DNA from: Escherichia coli
GTDB lineage: Bacteria > Pseudomonadota > Gammaproteobacteria > Enterobacterales > Enterobacteriaceae
Length of the DNA: 64,000 bases
Reading direction: 5' to 3' (one strand)
NCBI RefSeq assembly: GCF_024502345.1
Contig: NZ_JALDNN010000001.1
Shown: one piece after another, positions 63,866-64,000 of the stretch
Layout: every line of letters starts with the position of its first letter
Numbering within the stretch: position 1 is the first letter of the stretch
The notes under the pieces: generated by a model
The model's input: the letters and a program-made list of their open reading frames with translations, nothing else
Databases searched by the model: none
What the model was told of the DNA's origin: nothing
Translations under genes and position numbers: made by a program

Positions 63866-64000
63866 TTATACCGTAAACCCTAACATCATCCCCGTATCTT
63901 CATGCTCCAGCAGATGGCAGTGCGCCATATAAGCATGTTCTTTCGGTGCGTCGTGATTAAACTTCACCAGCACTTCACTGACATTGCCTTCTACCTTAAC
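63866..64000 (-). CDS. cueO: multicopper oxidase CueO, C-terminal ~44 codons only (gene continues past the window end)
   Basis: Minus-strand translation ends …[32 protein letters not shown] with the HCH copper-ligand motif; stop at 63868..63866. Confidence 0.8.
   Translation of the reverse strand, partial: VKVEGNVSEVLVKFNHDAPKEHAYMAHCHLLEHEDTGMMLGFTV

Overview
This window reads as a 64 kb stretch of an Escherichia coli chromosome, in reverse-complement orientation relative to the K-12 MG1655 map (roughly the 3-4 min region). It runs from the 5' end of lpxB through lpxA-fabZ-lpxD-skp-bamA-rseP-cdsA-uppS-dxr-frr-pyrH-tsf-rpsB, then map-glnD-dapD-yaeH, cdaR, degP, dgt, mtn-btuF-yadS, erpA-clcA, hemL, fhuBDCA, mrcB, hrpB, thpR-sfsA-dksA-gluQ-pcnB-folK, a seven-gene chaperone-usher fimbrial operon (yad-type), panBC, rpnC, panD, yadE-yadI-yadH-yadG, can, hpt and gcd, ending in the 3' end of cueO. 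Gene calls rest on reading the supplied translations against protein families and E. coli gene order recalled from memory; no database search was run. Housekeeping genes look essentially K-12-like. The loci that deviate are: (1) the rpnC (yadD) nuclease locus, which carries an extra free-standing 69-codon ORF that is a diverged duplicate of the Rpn C-terminal (RpnS-like) domain, plus a strong internal ribosome-binding site and in-frame ATGATG inside rpnC, together suggesting a toxin/antitoxin-like defence module with a supernumerary antitoxin copy; (2) a mosaic fhuA allele with divergent surface-loop regions and no loop-4 cysteine pair; (3) a divergent yad fimbrial operon whose variable segment appears to begin inside the 3' end of folK; (4) apparent absence of yaeI between dapD and yaeH; (5) a GC-rich nested palindromic element between hrpB and mrcB. 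No CRISPR array, rRNA, tRNA, IS element or prophage was seen.
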